64,000 bases of DNA, from the NCBI GenBank assembly GCA_000447245.1, contig AUYT01000001.1, forward strand, positions 804,106 through 868,105, in the 5' to 3' direction. The notes below the pieces were generated by a model. It did no database searches. It was given only the letters and a program-made list of their open reading frames with translations, and was not told the DNA's origin. Below are positions 38,027 to 47,681 of the stretch, piece after piece (positions within the stretch are counted from its first letter, which is position 1; each line of letters begins with the position of its first letter). The stretch comes from a candidate division Zixibacteria bacterium RBG-1. GTDB lineage: Bacteria; Zixibacteria; MSB-5A5; DSPP01; RBG-1. A program made the translations under genes and the position numbers.

Positions 38027-39985
38027 TCAGGCACACCCCAGAAGAGGGGCTGTGCCGCTTTTGAAAACATAATTCACCAGATAAACAATATCTGCTAAAT
38101 TCACCGAACAATTCGCATTGGGATCTCCCAAAAACAGGGGGTTCGGTGCTGGTCCCCCTTTGAAAACAAAGTTCACCAGCCAAATAATGTCCGTCAAATT
38201 AATTCCCCCATCTGAATTGGCATCCCCGGCTAGGTAAGGAAAGGTCTTCAAACTATCCAAGGGAGACAAAATCCAATAGTTGGGGTCAAAGGTAATGGAA
38301 GTGGGATCACCGGTTACCAGGAAGAAAAAAGTCTGGTCTCTTTGGTTGTTTTGCAATGTGACGATTGTATCACCGGAGGTGGTGGAAACCTTGAATTCTA
38401 GCGGCATGGTATAAACTGAGGGGGTGGTCTGTTTCTGGCTGATGTTGAGATGAACCCTGGAGTTTCCTCCCACAGGGGTCTCAGCCCAGCTCCAGTTGTA
38501 TCTGGGAAAATTGGGGCTATAGACCCACTCATTGAAAAACCAATCCAAATCCTGTCCGGAGTAATTTTCCATTGAGGTTTGAAATTGCTGAGTATTGGCA
38601 GTGCTGTATTTATAGGTCTGTCCGTAATCCGCCATCCCGTTAAAGAACAAACTGTCGCCCAGTATGTATCTCAACATATGCAGAACCCAGGAGCCCTTGT
38701 CGTAGACCGCAGTTGAAAACCAGTAGTTGGAAGGTGGATTGTAAATCGGATAATGGACTGAGCCGTTGGGTAGCTGGTAAGAAGATTTAACGGCGTTTTC
38801 TTGCCCCGCTAACTGTGAATTTTTGGCTGATAGACCGTATTCATATTCCATCCACAAGACCTCGCAGTAGCTGGCAAACCCTTCGTTGAGCCAGATGTTG
38901 GGAAAGTCATTGCAGGTGACCATATCCCCCCACCACTGGTGGCCCAGCTCATGGGCATTCACCCATTCGTAAACAGCATTGCCGGGCATGGGAAATCCCC
39001 AGGAGGTGTTGGTCTGATGCTCCATAGCACCACCCAATTCTGCCTGCACGTTGGAGTATTTTTCACCCATAAAAGGATAAGGGACCCAGATAGAGGAGAA
39101 AAACTCAATCATCTCCGGAGTTTTTCGAAAATCCACCACTGCCGCAGCCGAATCCTCGTGATAAACCCAATAATGAACCGGCAGGGTGTCGTTGTTTACC
39201 ACCGCAAAAGAATCAATTCGGGCAAAATCACAGACCGTCAAAGAGATTAAATAAGTCACTATCGGATAATCTTCTTTCCAGTGATATGTCACTGTGGTAT
39301 CTGGATTGTTGGTAACTGAGAGAAGAGTTCCATTAGCTACCGCATAATTTCCTGCTGGAGCAGTGCAGATAATTTCTGAATAAGCTTTGTCGTTGGGAAA
39401 ATCAAAACAGGGAAACCAATAACGAGAGCCGTAAGGTTCGGTGAAGGAATAATAAATGGGAGTGCCGTAGGCATTGGCATCAAAATAAAATCCGCCACTC
39501 GGGTTTCCATGATAAAAAACTTCCACATTAAAAGAATCCCCGGGATTGTAGGGAACATCCAGGTCCACGGTCAATTTGGTGCTGGTTCTGGAAAAGGTGG
39601 TGCTGGAAAAATTGACCTTGCAGGAATCCACCGTCATACCCACAAAGTCTAAGACCAGGCTGGCCAGAAGGGAAATTTCCGACTTGGCGTGAATGGTCAC
39701 ATGCCCCCGGAATCTGTTGGTCAGGTCCGTGGGAACCAACCTGACATCTAAAATATATTTGGTAACGTCATAATCATGGGAGCTGTCGGCCGGCAGGGCT
39801 GGGGGAAAGGATTTTCCGAAGTGTAAAGATTTCCCCTCCTCCACCAGATTAGACTCCGGATCGCCTGCCGGGGAACCTGCTTGAGATTTGGGGACATAGG
39901 CAAATGCGGTAACAGTCAAGACCAGCAGGCAAATCAAAAAAATTAGACTTATAGCTTTGTTAGAGAATCTTTTTCCACCAGACAC
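38027..39985 (-). CDS. M1 family aminopeptidase (aminopeptidase N-like) with C-terminal dockerin-like module
   Basis: 652 aa; signal peptide; gluzincin motif HELGHQWWG...NEGFASY; C-terminus GDANSDGGINLTDIIWLVNFVFKGG...GDPNANCSVNLADIVYLVNYVFKSG...LLGCA. Confidence 0.8.
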   Translation of the reverse strand: MSGGKRFSNKAISLIFLICLLVLTVTAFAYVPKSQAGSPAGDPESNLVEEGKSLHFGKSFPPALPADSSHDYDVTKYILDVRLVPTDLTNRFRGHVTIHAKSEISLLASLVLDFVGMTVDSCKVNFSSTTFSRTSTKLTVDLDVPYNPGDSFNVEVFYHGNPSGGFYFDANAYGTPIYYSFTEPYGSRYWFPCFDFPNDKAYSEIICTAPAGNYAVANGTLLSVTNNPDTTVTYHWKEDYPIVTYLISLTVCDFARIDSFAVVNNDTLPVHYWVYHEDSAAAVVDFRKTPEMIEFFSSIWVPYPFMGEKYSNVQAELGGAMEHQTNTSWGFPMPGNAVYEWVNAHELGHQWWGDMVTCNDFPNIWLNEGFASYCEVLWMEYEYGLSAKNSQLAGQENAVKSSYQLPNGSVHYPIYNPPSNYWFSTAVYDKGSWVLHMLRYILGDSLFFNGMADYGQTYKYSTANTQQFQTSMENYSGQDLDWFFNEWVYSPNFPRYNWSWAETPVGGNSRVHLNISQKQTTPSVYTMPLEFKVSTTSGDTIVTLQNNQRDQTFFFLVTGDPTSITFDPNYWILSPLDSLKTFPYLAGDANSDGGINLTDIIWLVNFVFKGGPAPNPLFLGDPNANCSVNLADIVYLVNYVFKSGTAPLLGCA

Positions 39986-40327
39986 ACAGGCCTCCTTAAA
40001 GTCTAAGTAAGACTCATGCAGGTTTATTGAAAAGCACGCTCATGACCGTTATAAATATAAGCTAATTTATCCTTTTTGTAAAGGGAGAATTTTGGGTGAA
40101 ATTATGAATTAAAATGCAAGAAAATGCTGATATTTGCTCAAAAAACTTGCTTTTAAAAATCCATGGGGCATCTTTCATCAAGTTATTTTTGAATCGGGTC
40201 AATTTCCAGAGCCGAAGATACGTAGAAAATTAAACAAGAGTTTCGACAGAACCTATCATAAATGGTTCGACTCGTTCCCCCGATGAATCGGGGTCAGAGT
40301 AAACGAAGCTCACTAAAAGGAGGAGCA

Positions 40328-41176
40328 ATGAGAAGTTCGGTGAAGTGGCTGACGGTAATATTGGGCGTTTCTGCTTTTGGTGCGGCGACCGCCTCGGAGA
40401 AGATTTCCTGGAAAAAGATTGACGAGGCCTTAAGCTTAGCCAAAAGCCAGAATAAGAAATTATTAATCGATTTTTATTCCCCCACCTGAGGGGCCTGCAT
40501 AAAAATGGACAAAGAAACTTACTCGGATGACCGGGTGGTGGTTCTGTCCAAAGATTTCATCTTCGTCAAAGTCAACACCAAAGAAGATACCTTAACTAAA
40601 AAGCAATATCAAGTATTCGCCACTCCGACTGCGCTTATGGCCAATGCGGACGGGCAGGAGATAGACCGGGTGGTAGGTTTTCATCCCACCGAACAGTTTT
40701 TACCCATCATCAAAGATTACCAGAAAGGGAAAAATACTTTAGGTGATCTGGAGAAGAAAGCCGGCAAAAATCCCAAAGACGTAAAACTTTTGTACACTTT
40801 GGGGGACAAATATCAATGGCGAGGCGGTAATGAAAAAGCTGTGGAGATGTTTAACAAAGTGGTAGAGTTAGACCCGGAAAATAAATCCGGCAAAGCGGAC
40901 TCTTCGGCTTTTAATCTGGCTTACCTGAAATATCGCCAGAAAGATTATCAGAGTGCCATTGCTGATTTTGAAATGTTCAAGACCGAGTATACCAATCCCA
41001 ATCTGGTGGGTGATGCCCAGATTTACATCGCGGCCTCTTACGAAAAGTCAGATAACAAAGCCGAAGCTCTGAAACAGTACCAGAAATATCTGGAGATGTA
41101 TCCGGAGGGTGAAAACGCCGATTACGCCAAGGAGCAGATTGAAAAACTGACCCAGAAAGCGGAAAAGGCAGAATAA
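40328..41176 (+). CDS. exported thioredoxin-fold (DUF255/Thioredoxin_7-like) + TPR protein with in-frame TGA at the first Cys of the CxxC motif; candidate selenoprotein
   Basis: ATG 40328 preceded by AAAAGGAGG; signal peptide; ORFs 40262..40489 and 40505..41176 are in one frame, separated only by TGA 40487-40489; joined reading ...KKLLIDFYSPT[TGA]GACIKMDKETYSDDRVVVLSKDFIFVKV... aligns with the LLIDFYADWCGxCKxMDKE thioredoxin-like pattern. Confidence 0.5.
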
Positions 41177-41289
41177 GTTTAATTAGATTGCAATATAAAA
41201 ATTCCTGTCGGTGTCTTGTGGTTACACCATAAACTGTCAGGAATTTTTTATAATAAAAATCATTTTATGCCCCGCGTAGGGGTGGTTCA

Positions 41290-41470
41290 TTACGAGTTCG
41301 CCACGAGTGGAGCTTGTCTCCACCCGAGAAAATGGGGGAAGCTAAACTTCCGACCCCAGGTGACTGACCTCACCCCAACCCTCTCCTTAAAGGAGAGGGA
41401 GAAAATTCCCTCCCCTGTAGGGGAGGAAAAAGGAGGGGTTAGTGTTGGGTAGCTCTGGCTTCTGCCACAG
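41290..41470. repeat. composite palindromic repeat array
   Basis: GAGTGGAGCTTGTCTCCACCCG, ACCCTCTCCTTAAAGGAGAGGG, TCCCTCCCCTGTAGGGGAGG units plus GGGTAGCTCTGGCTTCTGCCACAGGG (cf. 9015-9040). Confidence 0.55.
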
Positions 41471-41493
41471 GGAGAAGGCCTCCGAAATTTCCC

Positions 41494-41522
41494 TTGACAA
41501 AAATGCTTAAAACCAATAGTAT
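41494..41522 (+). promoter_or_regulatory. putative sigma70-type promoter (TTGACA-17-TAGTAT)
   Basis: Consensus hexamers 16 nt upstream of the cbiX-like start. Confidence 0.4.
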
Positions 41523-41537
41523 CTAAAAAATATTTTT

Positions 41538-42047
41538 ATGAAGACCTTCTTAGTCTTAGCCATGCACGGGTCGCCCCCCAATGATTTCCCCAAAAATGAG
41601 CTGGCTGAGTATTTCGGTTTAAAGTCCCGCTTAGAAATGGGGGGCGGGATGAAGAACCCGGCTTTGGAAGAAAGGTATAACCAGCTGAATGAGAAAATCT
41701 GCTCCTGGCCCCGCACAGCTGAAAATGATCCCTTTTGGGCCGGCTCCCAAAAGTTAACTTTCGATCTGCAAAGAGCTACAGGTTTGGAGGTGCTTTTGGT
41801 TTTCAACGACTTCTGTTCTCCAAATTTAGAAGAGGGGATGGAAAAAGGGATCTCATCCGGGGCTGAAAAACTGATTGTCATTACTACCATGATGACTAAA
41901 GGAGGGGAGCACTCCGAGGTCGAAATCCCGGCTGCTATTCAAAAAGTTCAAAGCCATCACCCTCAAGTTAAAATTGTTTTTGCCTGGCCTTTTGAACCAA
42001 AAGAGGTGGCTTCTTTTTTAGCCCAACAGATCCAACGCTTCCTTTAG
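41538..42047 (+). CDS. CbiX/SirB-type sirohydrochlorin chelatase (small form)
   Basis: 169 aa; N-terminal LVLAMHGSP motif and overall CbiX-like architecture. Confidence 0.65.
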   Translation: MKTFLVLAMHGSPPNDFPKNELAEYFGLKSRLEMGGGMKNPALEERYNQLNEKICSWPRTAENDPFWAGSQKLTFDLQRATGLEVLLVFNDFCSPNLEEGMEKGISSGAEKLIVITTMMTKGGEHSEVEIPAAIQKVQSHHPQVKIVFAWPFEPKEVASFLAQQIQRFL

Positions 42048-42188
42048 TCTGATTAAACCCATTTACCTTTTTATTTTCTTCCTCTTTTTTCAATAGGCAC
42101 CCAAGAATTTTCCGAGAACGAAAGCTCAGGAGGTTTATTTAGGCATTTGTTAAACGAATCAATTCGACTTAAACTGTTAAAAAATCTT

Positions 42189-43232
42189 ATGCTGAGAATT
42201 GATGGAAACTACGGTGAAGGGGGAGGGCAGATTTTGCGAACTGCTCTGGCTTTGTCGCTGGTTCTACAAAAGCCGATTGAAATTTACAATATCAGAAAGG
42301 GTCGCAAAAATCCAGGGCTGGCTCCCCAGCATCTAACCAGCGTCAATGCAGCCGCTAAAATCTCCGGCGCACAGGTGGAAGGAAACAAACTAAAATCAGA
42401 AGAACTAAAATTTTCTCCCGGTCAAATAAAAGCCGGCCAGTATCTTTTCAATGTAGCCGAAGAAAGAGGTTCAGCCGGTTCGGTGGCTTTGGTTTTGCAG
42501 TCTATTTTGCTGCCACTGAGTTTAGCGGCTGGGTCTTCTAAAGTAACACTTTTAGGCGGAACGCATGTCCCTTTTTCCCCACCCTTTACTTATTATCAGG
42601 AGATTTTCTTTCCAACTTTGCAAAGATTAGGTTTAAACATTAAAAGTGAGATCAAAAGGTGTGGGTTTTACCCGAAGGGTGGAGGAGAAGTAGTTTGCGA
42701 AATTCAGCCGGTGGCTGAGATTAAAAATCTCAATCTTCTGGAAAGAGGAAAACTTTTAAAATTGTCCGGAATTTCAGCTATGGCTAATTTACCACTTTCC
42801 ATTGCCGACAGACAGAAAAATTCGGCCCTAAAACTTTTACAACAAAAAAATCTAAAAGCAGACATTAAAATTATTCCAGCTTTCTCATTCGGTCAAGGGA
42901 CATTTTTCTTTCTGAAAGCGGAATTTGAAAACTGTGCCGCTGGCTTTGGCTCCTTGGGTGAGATGGGGAAACGAGCTGAAATTGTGGCAGAAGAAGCGGT
43001 AAGTCAACTTTTACAATTTCTCTCCACAGATGCCGTCATAGAAGAACATTCGGCTGACCAGCTGATTCCGTTTTTGGCTTTGGCCAAGCAGAGTTCTGCG
43101 TTCACAGTTTCCAAGATTTCAAAACATCTATTGACTAATATTTGGGTGGTTAAACAGTTTTTGGAGATAGAGATTAGTCTGGAAGGGGAAGAGGGACAAG
43201 CCGGTAAAGTTATGATAAAACCTGCTGAGTAA
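42189..43232 (+). CDS. rtcA: RNA 3'-terminal phosphate cyclase
   Basis: ORF 42147..43232; likely ATG 42189 (MLRIDGNYGEGGGQILRTALALS); matches RtcA along its length, including the conserved His region SADQLIPFLALA. Confidence 0.85.
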   Translation: MLRIDGNYGEGGGQILRTALALSLVLQKPIEIYNIRKGRKNPGLAPQHLTSVNAAAKISGAQVEGNKLKSEELKFSPGQIKAGQYLFNVAEERGSAGSVALVLQSILLPLSLAAGSSKVTLLGGTHVPFSPPFTYYQEIFFPTLQRLGLNIKSEIKRCGFYPKGGGEVVCEIQPVAEIKNLNLLERGKLLKLSGISAMANLPLSIADRQKNSALKLLQQKNLKADIKIIPAFSFGQGTFFFLKAEFENCAAGFGSLGEMGKRAEIVAEEAVSQLLQFLSTDAVIEEHSADQLIPFLALAKQSSAFTVSKISKHLLTNIWVVKQFLEIEISLEGEEGQAGKVMIKPAE

Positions 43233-43313
43233 ATTCCCGCAGAGTTTGGCTAAGGTTCTGACTGGGCTATCTGGCTATCCGTTTGTGATACCTAAAAAAG
43301 TAAAAATAAGCCA

Positions 43314-43341
43314 TTGACAAAGATAAAACTATAGTTATACT
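43314..43341 (+). promoter_or_regulatory. putative sigma70-type promoter (TTGACA-16-TATACT)
   Basis: Near-consensus hexamers about 100 nt upstream of gene 43446. Confidence 0.4.
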
Positions 43342-43445
43342 ATTAAATAGTGAAAAAAATCACAAGCTGGAGTATAAAACAGACTGGGATGACCTTGGGG
43401 AGCGTATTAATAAGAAACAGTAGGAAAAAACATTGAGGAGGGTTT

Positions 43446-44171
43446 ATGAAAATAGTAAGAATCGCTTTACCCTGTATTTTTTTGATTCTTCTCTCTTTTT
43501 TAATCCTGACTGCTCATCCGAATTTTACCGGATATTCAGGGGCACCGGGCTGTAAAGGAACCTGCGCCTCATCCTGTCACGGTTTTGCGGGGGGAACTAT
43601 CTCAGTCAGCGGTTTTCCCAGCACCTATACTCCAGGACAAATCTATACTCTAAAGGTGAGTCATTCTGCCGGAGGAAGCATTGCCAATTTTAACGCTTCA
43701 GTCCGAATTGTAACAGACAGCAGCAATGCCGGAGTTTTATCAGCAGGACAGAGCACCGTTACCTACAATACAACCGGGGAGACCAATGGAATGCATTTTT
43801 CCAATGCCGATCAGGATAGTGGCACGTTTTCCTGGACTGCGCCGGATACTTCAGTAGGTGAAGTACGTCTTTATTTAGCCGGACATCAAGGGACTACCCC
43901 GGATGATCCCAACACTGAACTGGTATTGAGCGCCACCTCGGGGGTTTGTCTGGCGAAAGCCGGAGATGTCACCGGAGATGGCACCATTCTTTTGCCCGAC
44001 ATTATAGCCATAATAAATTTTCTATTTAGAGCCGGACCAACCCCCACCCCGCTCTGCCGGGGGGACGCCAACGGCAATGGAACTATTTTACTTCCGGATG
44101 TAATTTACTTAATCAATTTCCTGTTTAGGGCCGGCCCAGCCCCGGTTAAAACAGGGGTCTGTTGCCTGTAA
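43446..44171 (+). CDS. small secreted protein with C-terminal dockerin-like tandem repeats
   Basis: 241 aa; signal peptide; C-terminus GDVTGDGTILLPDIIAIINFLFRAGPTP...GDANGNGTILLPDVIYLINFLFRAGPAP...VCCL. Confidence 0.55.
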   Translation: MKIVRIALPCIFLILLSFLILTAHPNFTGYSGAPGCKGTCASSCHGFAGGTISVSGFPSTYTPGQIYTLKVSHSAGGSIANFNASVRIVTDSSNAGVLSAGQSTVTYNTTGETNGMHFSNADQDSGTFSWTAPDTSVGEVRLYLAGHQGTTPDDPNTELVLSATSGVCLAKAGDVTGDGTILLPDIIAIINFLFRAGPTPTPLCRGDANGNGTILLPDVIYLINFLFRAGPAPVKTGVCCL

Positions 44172-44199
44172 TATCTGATAGAAAGAGCTATTCGCATAG

Positions 44200-44305
44200 T
44201 GTGGAGACCAGCTCCACCCGAAAAATTAACCCCACCTTCACTCTCACCTCTAGGGGATGGATTTTTTGTCCCCTCTCCTGTAGGAGAGGATTAGGGTGAG
44301 GTTAG
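44200..44305. repeat. composite palindromic repeat array
   Basis: GTGGAGACCAGCTCCACCCG and CCCCTCTCCTGTAGGAGAGG units, ending GATTAGGGTGAGGTTAGT. Confidence 0.5.
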
Positions 44306-44319
44306 TATTTCATTCTCTG

Positions 44320-44348
44320 TTGACAAATCATTTGACTAAAACTATACT
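44320..44348 (+). promoter_or_regulatory. putative sigma70-type promoter (TTGACA-17-TATACT)
   Basis: Near-consensus hexamers 42 nt upstream of nadE. Confidence 0.4.
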
Positions 44349-44389
44349 TTGTGTAATTTTCATATTGAAAAAATTCGAATGAGGAAAAG

Positions 44390-46129
44390 ATGCGAATCTT
44401 AAGAGTGGGGATGGCGCAAATCAACTGCACGGTCGGGGACCTTGGGGGAAATGTCAAAAAGATTAAAGAGTATATCAGATTTGCTCAGGAGTCGGAAGTC
44501 GACATTATAGCTTTCCCTGAATTGGCCGTCACTGGCTATCCTCCCGAAGATTTACTTTTAAAACCCAAATTCATCGAAGATAATCTGGAAGCTCTGCAGG
44601 AGATTGTGCAGGAATCCCATAACATCTGCAGTATAGTCGGCTTTGTGGATAAAAAAGGTGATATCTACAACGGCGCCGCCATAATTTCCAACCAGAAACT
44701 TTTCGGAGTATTTCACAAAAAACAGCTTCCCAACTACGGGGTATTCGACGAGTACCGCTATTTCCATCCGGGAGAAGATCTGGCGGTCTATTTAATCAAC
44801 GGTGCCGTGGTAGGAATCAACATCTGCGAAGATATCTGGTATCCGGACGGTCCGGCCCATATCCAAGCAAAAAAAGGGGGAGCGGAGGTTATTCTCAACA
44901 TCAACGCCTCACCTTACCATATCGCCAAATGGAAAACCCGGGAGAAGATGCTATCCACCAGGGCTTTTGATAATGGTATCTATGTGGTGTATGTCAACTT
45001 AATCGGCGGTCAGGATGAGCTGGTGTTTGACGGGGACAGCATGATTTTCGACCCGGAAGGGGCATTGGTTGCCCGAGGCAAACAGTTTGAAGAGGATTTT
45101 ATAATCTATGATCTGGAATTAGCCAAGCCCTTAAGTGCCAAACTGCATTATCCCCGAGGAAGAGAAGAAAATCCGGAAGAAACCGAGGATAAAAATCACT
45201 TACAGCAGATTAAGATCTCCGAGAGTTCCTCTGATAAAAAGAAAAAATCCATACCCAAAAGAGAGATAACGACTCCTCATTCCACAGGTGAAATCTACAA
45301 CGCTCTGGTCTTGGGAACTTCCGATTATCTGCGGAAAAACGGCTTTGCCAAAGCGGTTATCGGGCTTTCCGGCGGAATCGATTCAGCTCTGGTTTCCACC
45401 ATTGCAGCGGATGCTATTGGTAAAGAGAATGTGATAGGTGTCTTCATGCCGTCAGTTTATACTGCGGAGCGGAGTGAAAAAGATGCTATGAAATTAGCTT
45501 CCAATTTGGGAATAAAGGTTTTGACTATCCCTATTCAGACCGTTTTTCAGGCCTATCTTTCCACCCTGCAGAAGGAGTTTAAAGGCAAGCCGGCAGATGT
45601 CACCGAAGAAAATCTGCAGGCCCGGATCAGGGGGAATATTCTTATGGCTCTTTCCAACAAATTCGGCTGGATAGTTCTTGCCACCGGCAACAAATCCGAG
45701 CTGGCCTGCGGCTATGCCACTTTATATGGAGATATGGCCGGAGGTTTTGCGGTAATCAAAGATATTTTCAAAACTTTGGTGTATGAATTAGCCAAATATA
45801 AAAATTCCACAGCCGGCAAAGAAATAATTCCTAAGTCCATTATAGAAAGGGAGCCGACCGCAGAATTGAGAGAAAAACAAAAAGATACAGACAGCCTTCC
45901 TCCCTATGATATTTTAGACCCGATTCTCAAGGCCTATGTGGAAGAGGATAAATCTTTTCAGGATATAATAGCGGCCGGATATGATGAAAAAATGGTTAAA
46001 AGGGTAATTTCCTTAGTTGACAAAAGCGAATATAAACGCCGCCAGGCACCTTTGGGGATAAAAGTTACCCAGAGGGCCTTCGGGAAGGACCGCCGGCTAC
46101 CCATTACCAATCGCTACACCGGATTTTAA
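44390..46129 (+). CDS. nadE: glutamine-dependent NAD+ synthetase
   Basis: 579 aa; N-terminal CN-hydrolase domain (FPELAVTGY, NICEDIW) plus C-terminal synthetase P-loop GLSGGIDSALVS. Confidence 0.9.
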   Translation: MRILRVGMAQINCTVGDLGGNVKKIKEYIRFAQESEVDIIAFPELAVTGYPPEDLLLKPKFIEDNLEALQEIVQESHNICSIVGFVDKKGDIYNGAAIISNQKLFGVFHKKQLPNYGVFDEYRYFHPGEDLAVYLINGAVVGINICEDIWYPDGPAHIQAKKGGAEVILNINASPYHIAKWKTREKMLSTRAFDNGIYVVYVNLIGGQDELVFDGDSMIFDPEGALVARGKQFEEDFIIYDLELAKPLSAKLHYPRGREENPEETEDKNHLQQIKISESSSDKKKKSIPKREITTPHSTGEIYNALVLGTSDYLRKNGFAKAVIGLSGGIDSALVSTIAADAIGKENVIGVFMPSVYTAERSEKDAMKLASNLGIKVLTIPIQTVFQAYLSTLQKEFKGKPADVTEENLQARIRGNILMALSNKFGWIVLATGNKSELACGYATLYGDMAGGFAVIKDIFKTLVYELAKYKNSTAGKEIIPKSIIEREPTAELREKQKDTDSLPPYDILDPILKAYVEEDKSFQDIIAAGYDEKMVKRVISLVDKSEYKRRQAPLGIKVTQRAFGKDRRLPITNRYTGF

Positions 46130-46237
46130 ATTTGAAAAAATTTAAAATTATTAAATCTTTCTAAGATTTCACTTGAAAAAAAATCAAAAAAAATGTATAT
46201 TTAGGCAACTAAAATGCTATTAAACTTTCACCTTCAC

Positions 46238-46320
46238 GGGTAGCGGTCGGATTTATCCGACTATAGATTTCATGTGCGATGAACCCCTCAGGTTCTTCGG
46301 GACAAGTCGCACCGCTACAA
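46238..46320. repeat. palindromic repeat (GTAGCGGTCGGATTTATCCGAC / GTGCGATGAA...GTCGCACCGCTAC family)
   Basis: Paired hairpin units related to 9046-9069, 48576-48659, 50091-50116. Confidence 0.55.
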
Positions 46321-46377
46321 AAAAAAGAGGGAGGATGAACGAGAAAAATTTTAACCGGTTTTATAGGATTTTTATTT

Positions 46378-46926
46378 TTGCTGACGGTCACTTTGATTTT
46401 GGCGGACCAGAACAAAGATAAAAAGGAACAGGAGGGTATGCTGATGGAAATGCCCAAACCCGGGCCGGAGTTAAAAAGATTGGATTTTTTTGTGGGAAAC
46501 TGGACGGCGGATGTGACTATGTATCCCAACGAATTTATGCCCGGAGGGAAAAGCAAGGGGAAAGAAAGTATGAAATGGGAACTGGACGGAATGTTTATCT
46601 CCATGGATTATCAGGACCAGCCCGGAGAAGAAAAGAAGATGCCGGCTTACAAGGGAAAAGGTTTTATGACTTATGATATGCAAAAGAAGACCTATCGCTC
46701 CTGGTGGATGGATAACTGGGGCTCGGCTTCCGAATCCGTGGGAGGCTGGCCAGATGACAAGACCCTGGTCTTAAGCCACCAAGGAGAATTCATGGGGAAG
46801 AAATTCCATGAAAAATTTGTGTACCAGATTTTGGACCAAAATAAGTTTCATTTCCAGATTGAGCACTCTCCGGACGGGAAAGAGTTTAAAAAAGTGATGG
46901 AAGCCACTTATACCAGGGAAAAATAA
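46378..46926 (+). CDS. DUF1579-like protein
   Basis: 182 aa; segment LDFFVGNWTADVTMYP...MKWELDGMFISMDYQD resembles the DUF1579 family; start uncertain (an upstream ATG with hydrophobic leader lies in another frame). Confidence 0.45.
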   Translation: MLTVTLILADQNKDKKEQEGMLMEMPKPGPELKRLDFFVGNWTADVTMYPNEFMPGGKSKGKESMKWELDGMFISMDYQDQPGEEKKMPAYKGKGFMTYDMQKKTYRSWWMDNWGSASESVGGWPDDKTLVLSHQGEFMGKKFHEKFVYQILDQNKFHFQIEHSPDGKEFKKVMEATYTREK

Positions 46927-47173
46927 GCTGTGTAAGGATAGTTTCAAAAAGGAGTTTTTATTTTAAAACCTGTTGTCAAAAACATACTTATCACTTACAA
47001 GTTCTCAATTTTGGCATTGATTTTGCTCATTTTCGTATCTGTGGCTTACCTAGTCAAAATCCAGGCAGGAGAAGAACCTTCTAAGAGTCAAGCCCAGCAG
47101 GGTGGATTTCCCAACCTAGTAGGTGGTTTAAAAGCAACTTAAGAGAAAAAATCATGCCCCCAAAAAACGGATA

Positions 47174-47656
47174 ATGATTCAGAGATATTTATACCAAGCC
47201 AAGCCGGAAAAAGTTTTCAAAGCTTTGACTGATGCCAAAGAGCTGACCAAATGGTTTTTAAAAGAGGCTCAGGTGCAGCTCAAGAAGGGGGGAAAGATGA
47301 GGTTTGTCTGGAGCCCCAAGGATAAGCACGAAAATAAGATTCTGGACTTAGTTCCCAATAAACGCTTAAGAATGACCTGGCCCACCATGGGCTGGGGAGG
47401 CACTCCTAAGACCGATACTTATGTCACCTTCAGTCTGACTCCTAAGGGAAAATCTACTCTTTTGCAGATAGAGCACACTGGTTTCGGACCCGGTGAGGAA
47501 TGGGTAATGTATTATGCCGGTACCTATTCGGGCTGGACTTATTATCTATTGAATTTGAAATCCTGGCTGGAGCACGGAATTGATTTGAGAGACAAAATAT
47601 CTGAAACTGTCATAACTGAAAACGATTCTGAAAAATCTAGGAAAGGGAAAAGATAG
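47174..47656 (+). CDS. SRPBCC-superfamily protein (AHSA1/START-like)
   Basis: 160 aa; pattern PEKVFKALTDAKELTKWF...TFSLTPKGKSTLLQIEHTGF typical of activator-of-Hsp90-ATPase-homologue-like proteins. Confidence 0.6.
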   Translation: MIQRYLYQAKPEKVFKALTDAKELTKWFLKEAQVQLKKGGKMRFVWSPKDKHENKILDLVPNKRLRMTWPTMGWGGTPKTDTYVTFSLTPKGKSTLLQIEHTGFGPGEEWVMYYAGTYSGWTYYLLNLKSWLEHGIDLRDKISETVITENDSEKSRKGKR

Positions 47657-47681
47657 TTTTTAAGATATCTTAAAAATTTAC

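Noticed and set aside
40487-40489. Alternative explanation of in-frame TGAs as a recoded genetic code (TGA = Gly or Trp)
   Set aside because: TGA terminates ordinary genes in the window (e.g. sufC at 27308-27310) and long ORFs are intact under the standard code; the two in-frame TGAs both fall on redox/metal-ligand Cys positions, which fits selenocysteine rather than global reassignment.
41216-41452. 78-aa ORF between the Trx-TPR gene and cbiX
   Set aside because: Consists almost entirely of the palindromic repeat array 41290-41470; no start context; translation is repeat-derived low complexity.
46325-46440. Upstream ATG (46337) with hydrophobic leader in a different frame from the DUF1579-like ORF
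   Set aside because: Could indicate a frameshift or sequencing error in the signal-peptide region, but this cannot be established from a single sequence; the in-frame TTG/ATG starts are retained with reduced confidence.
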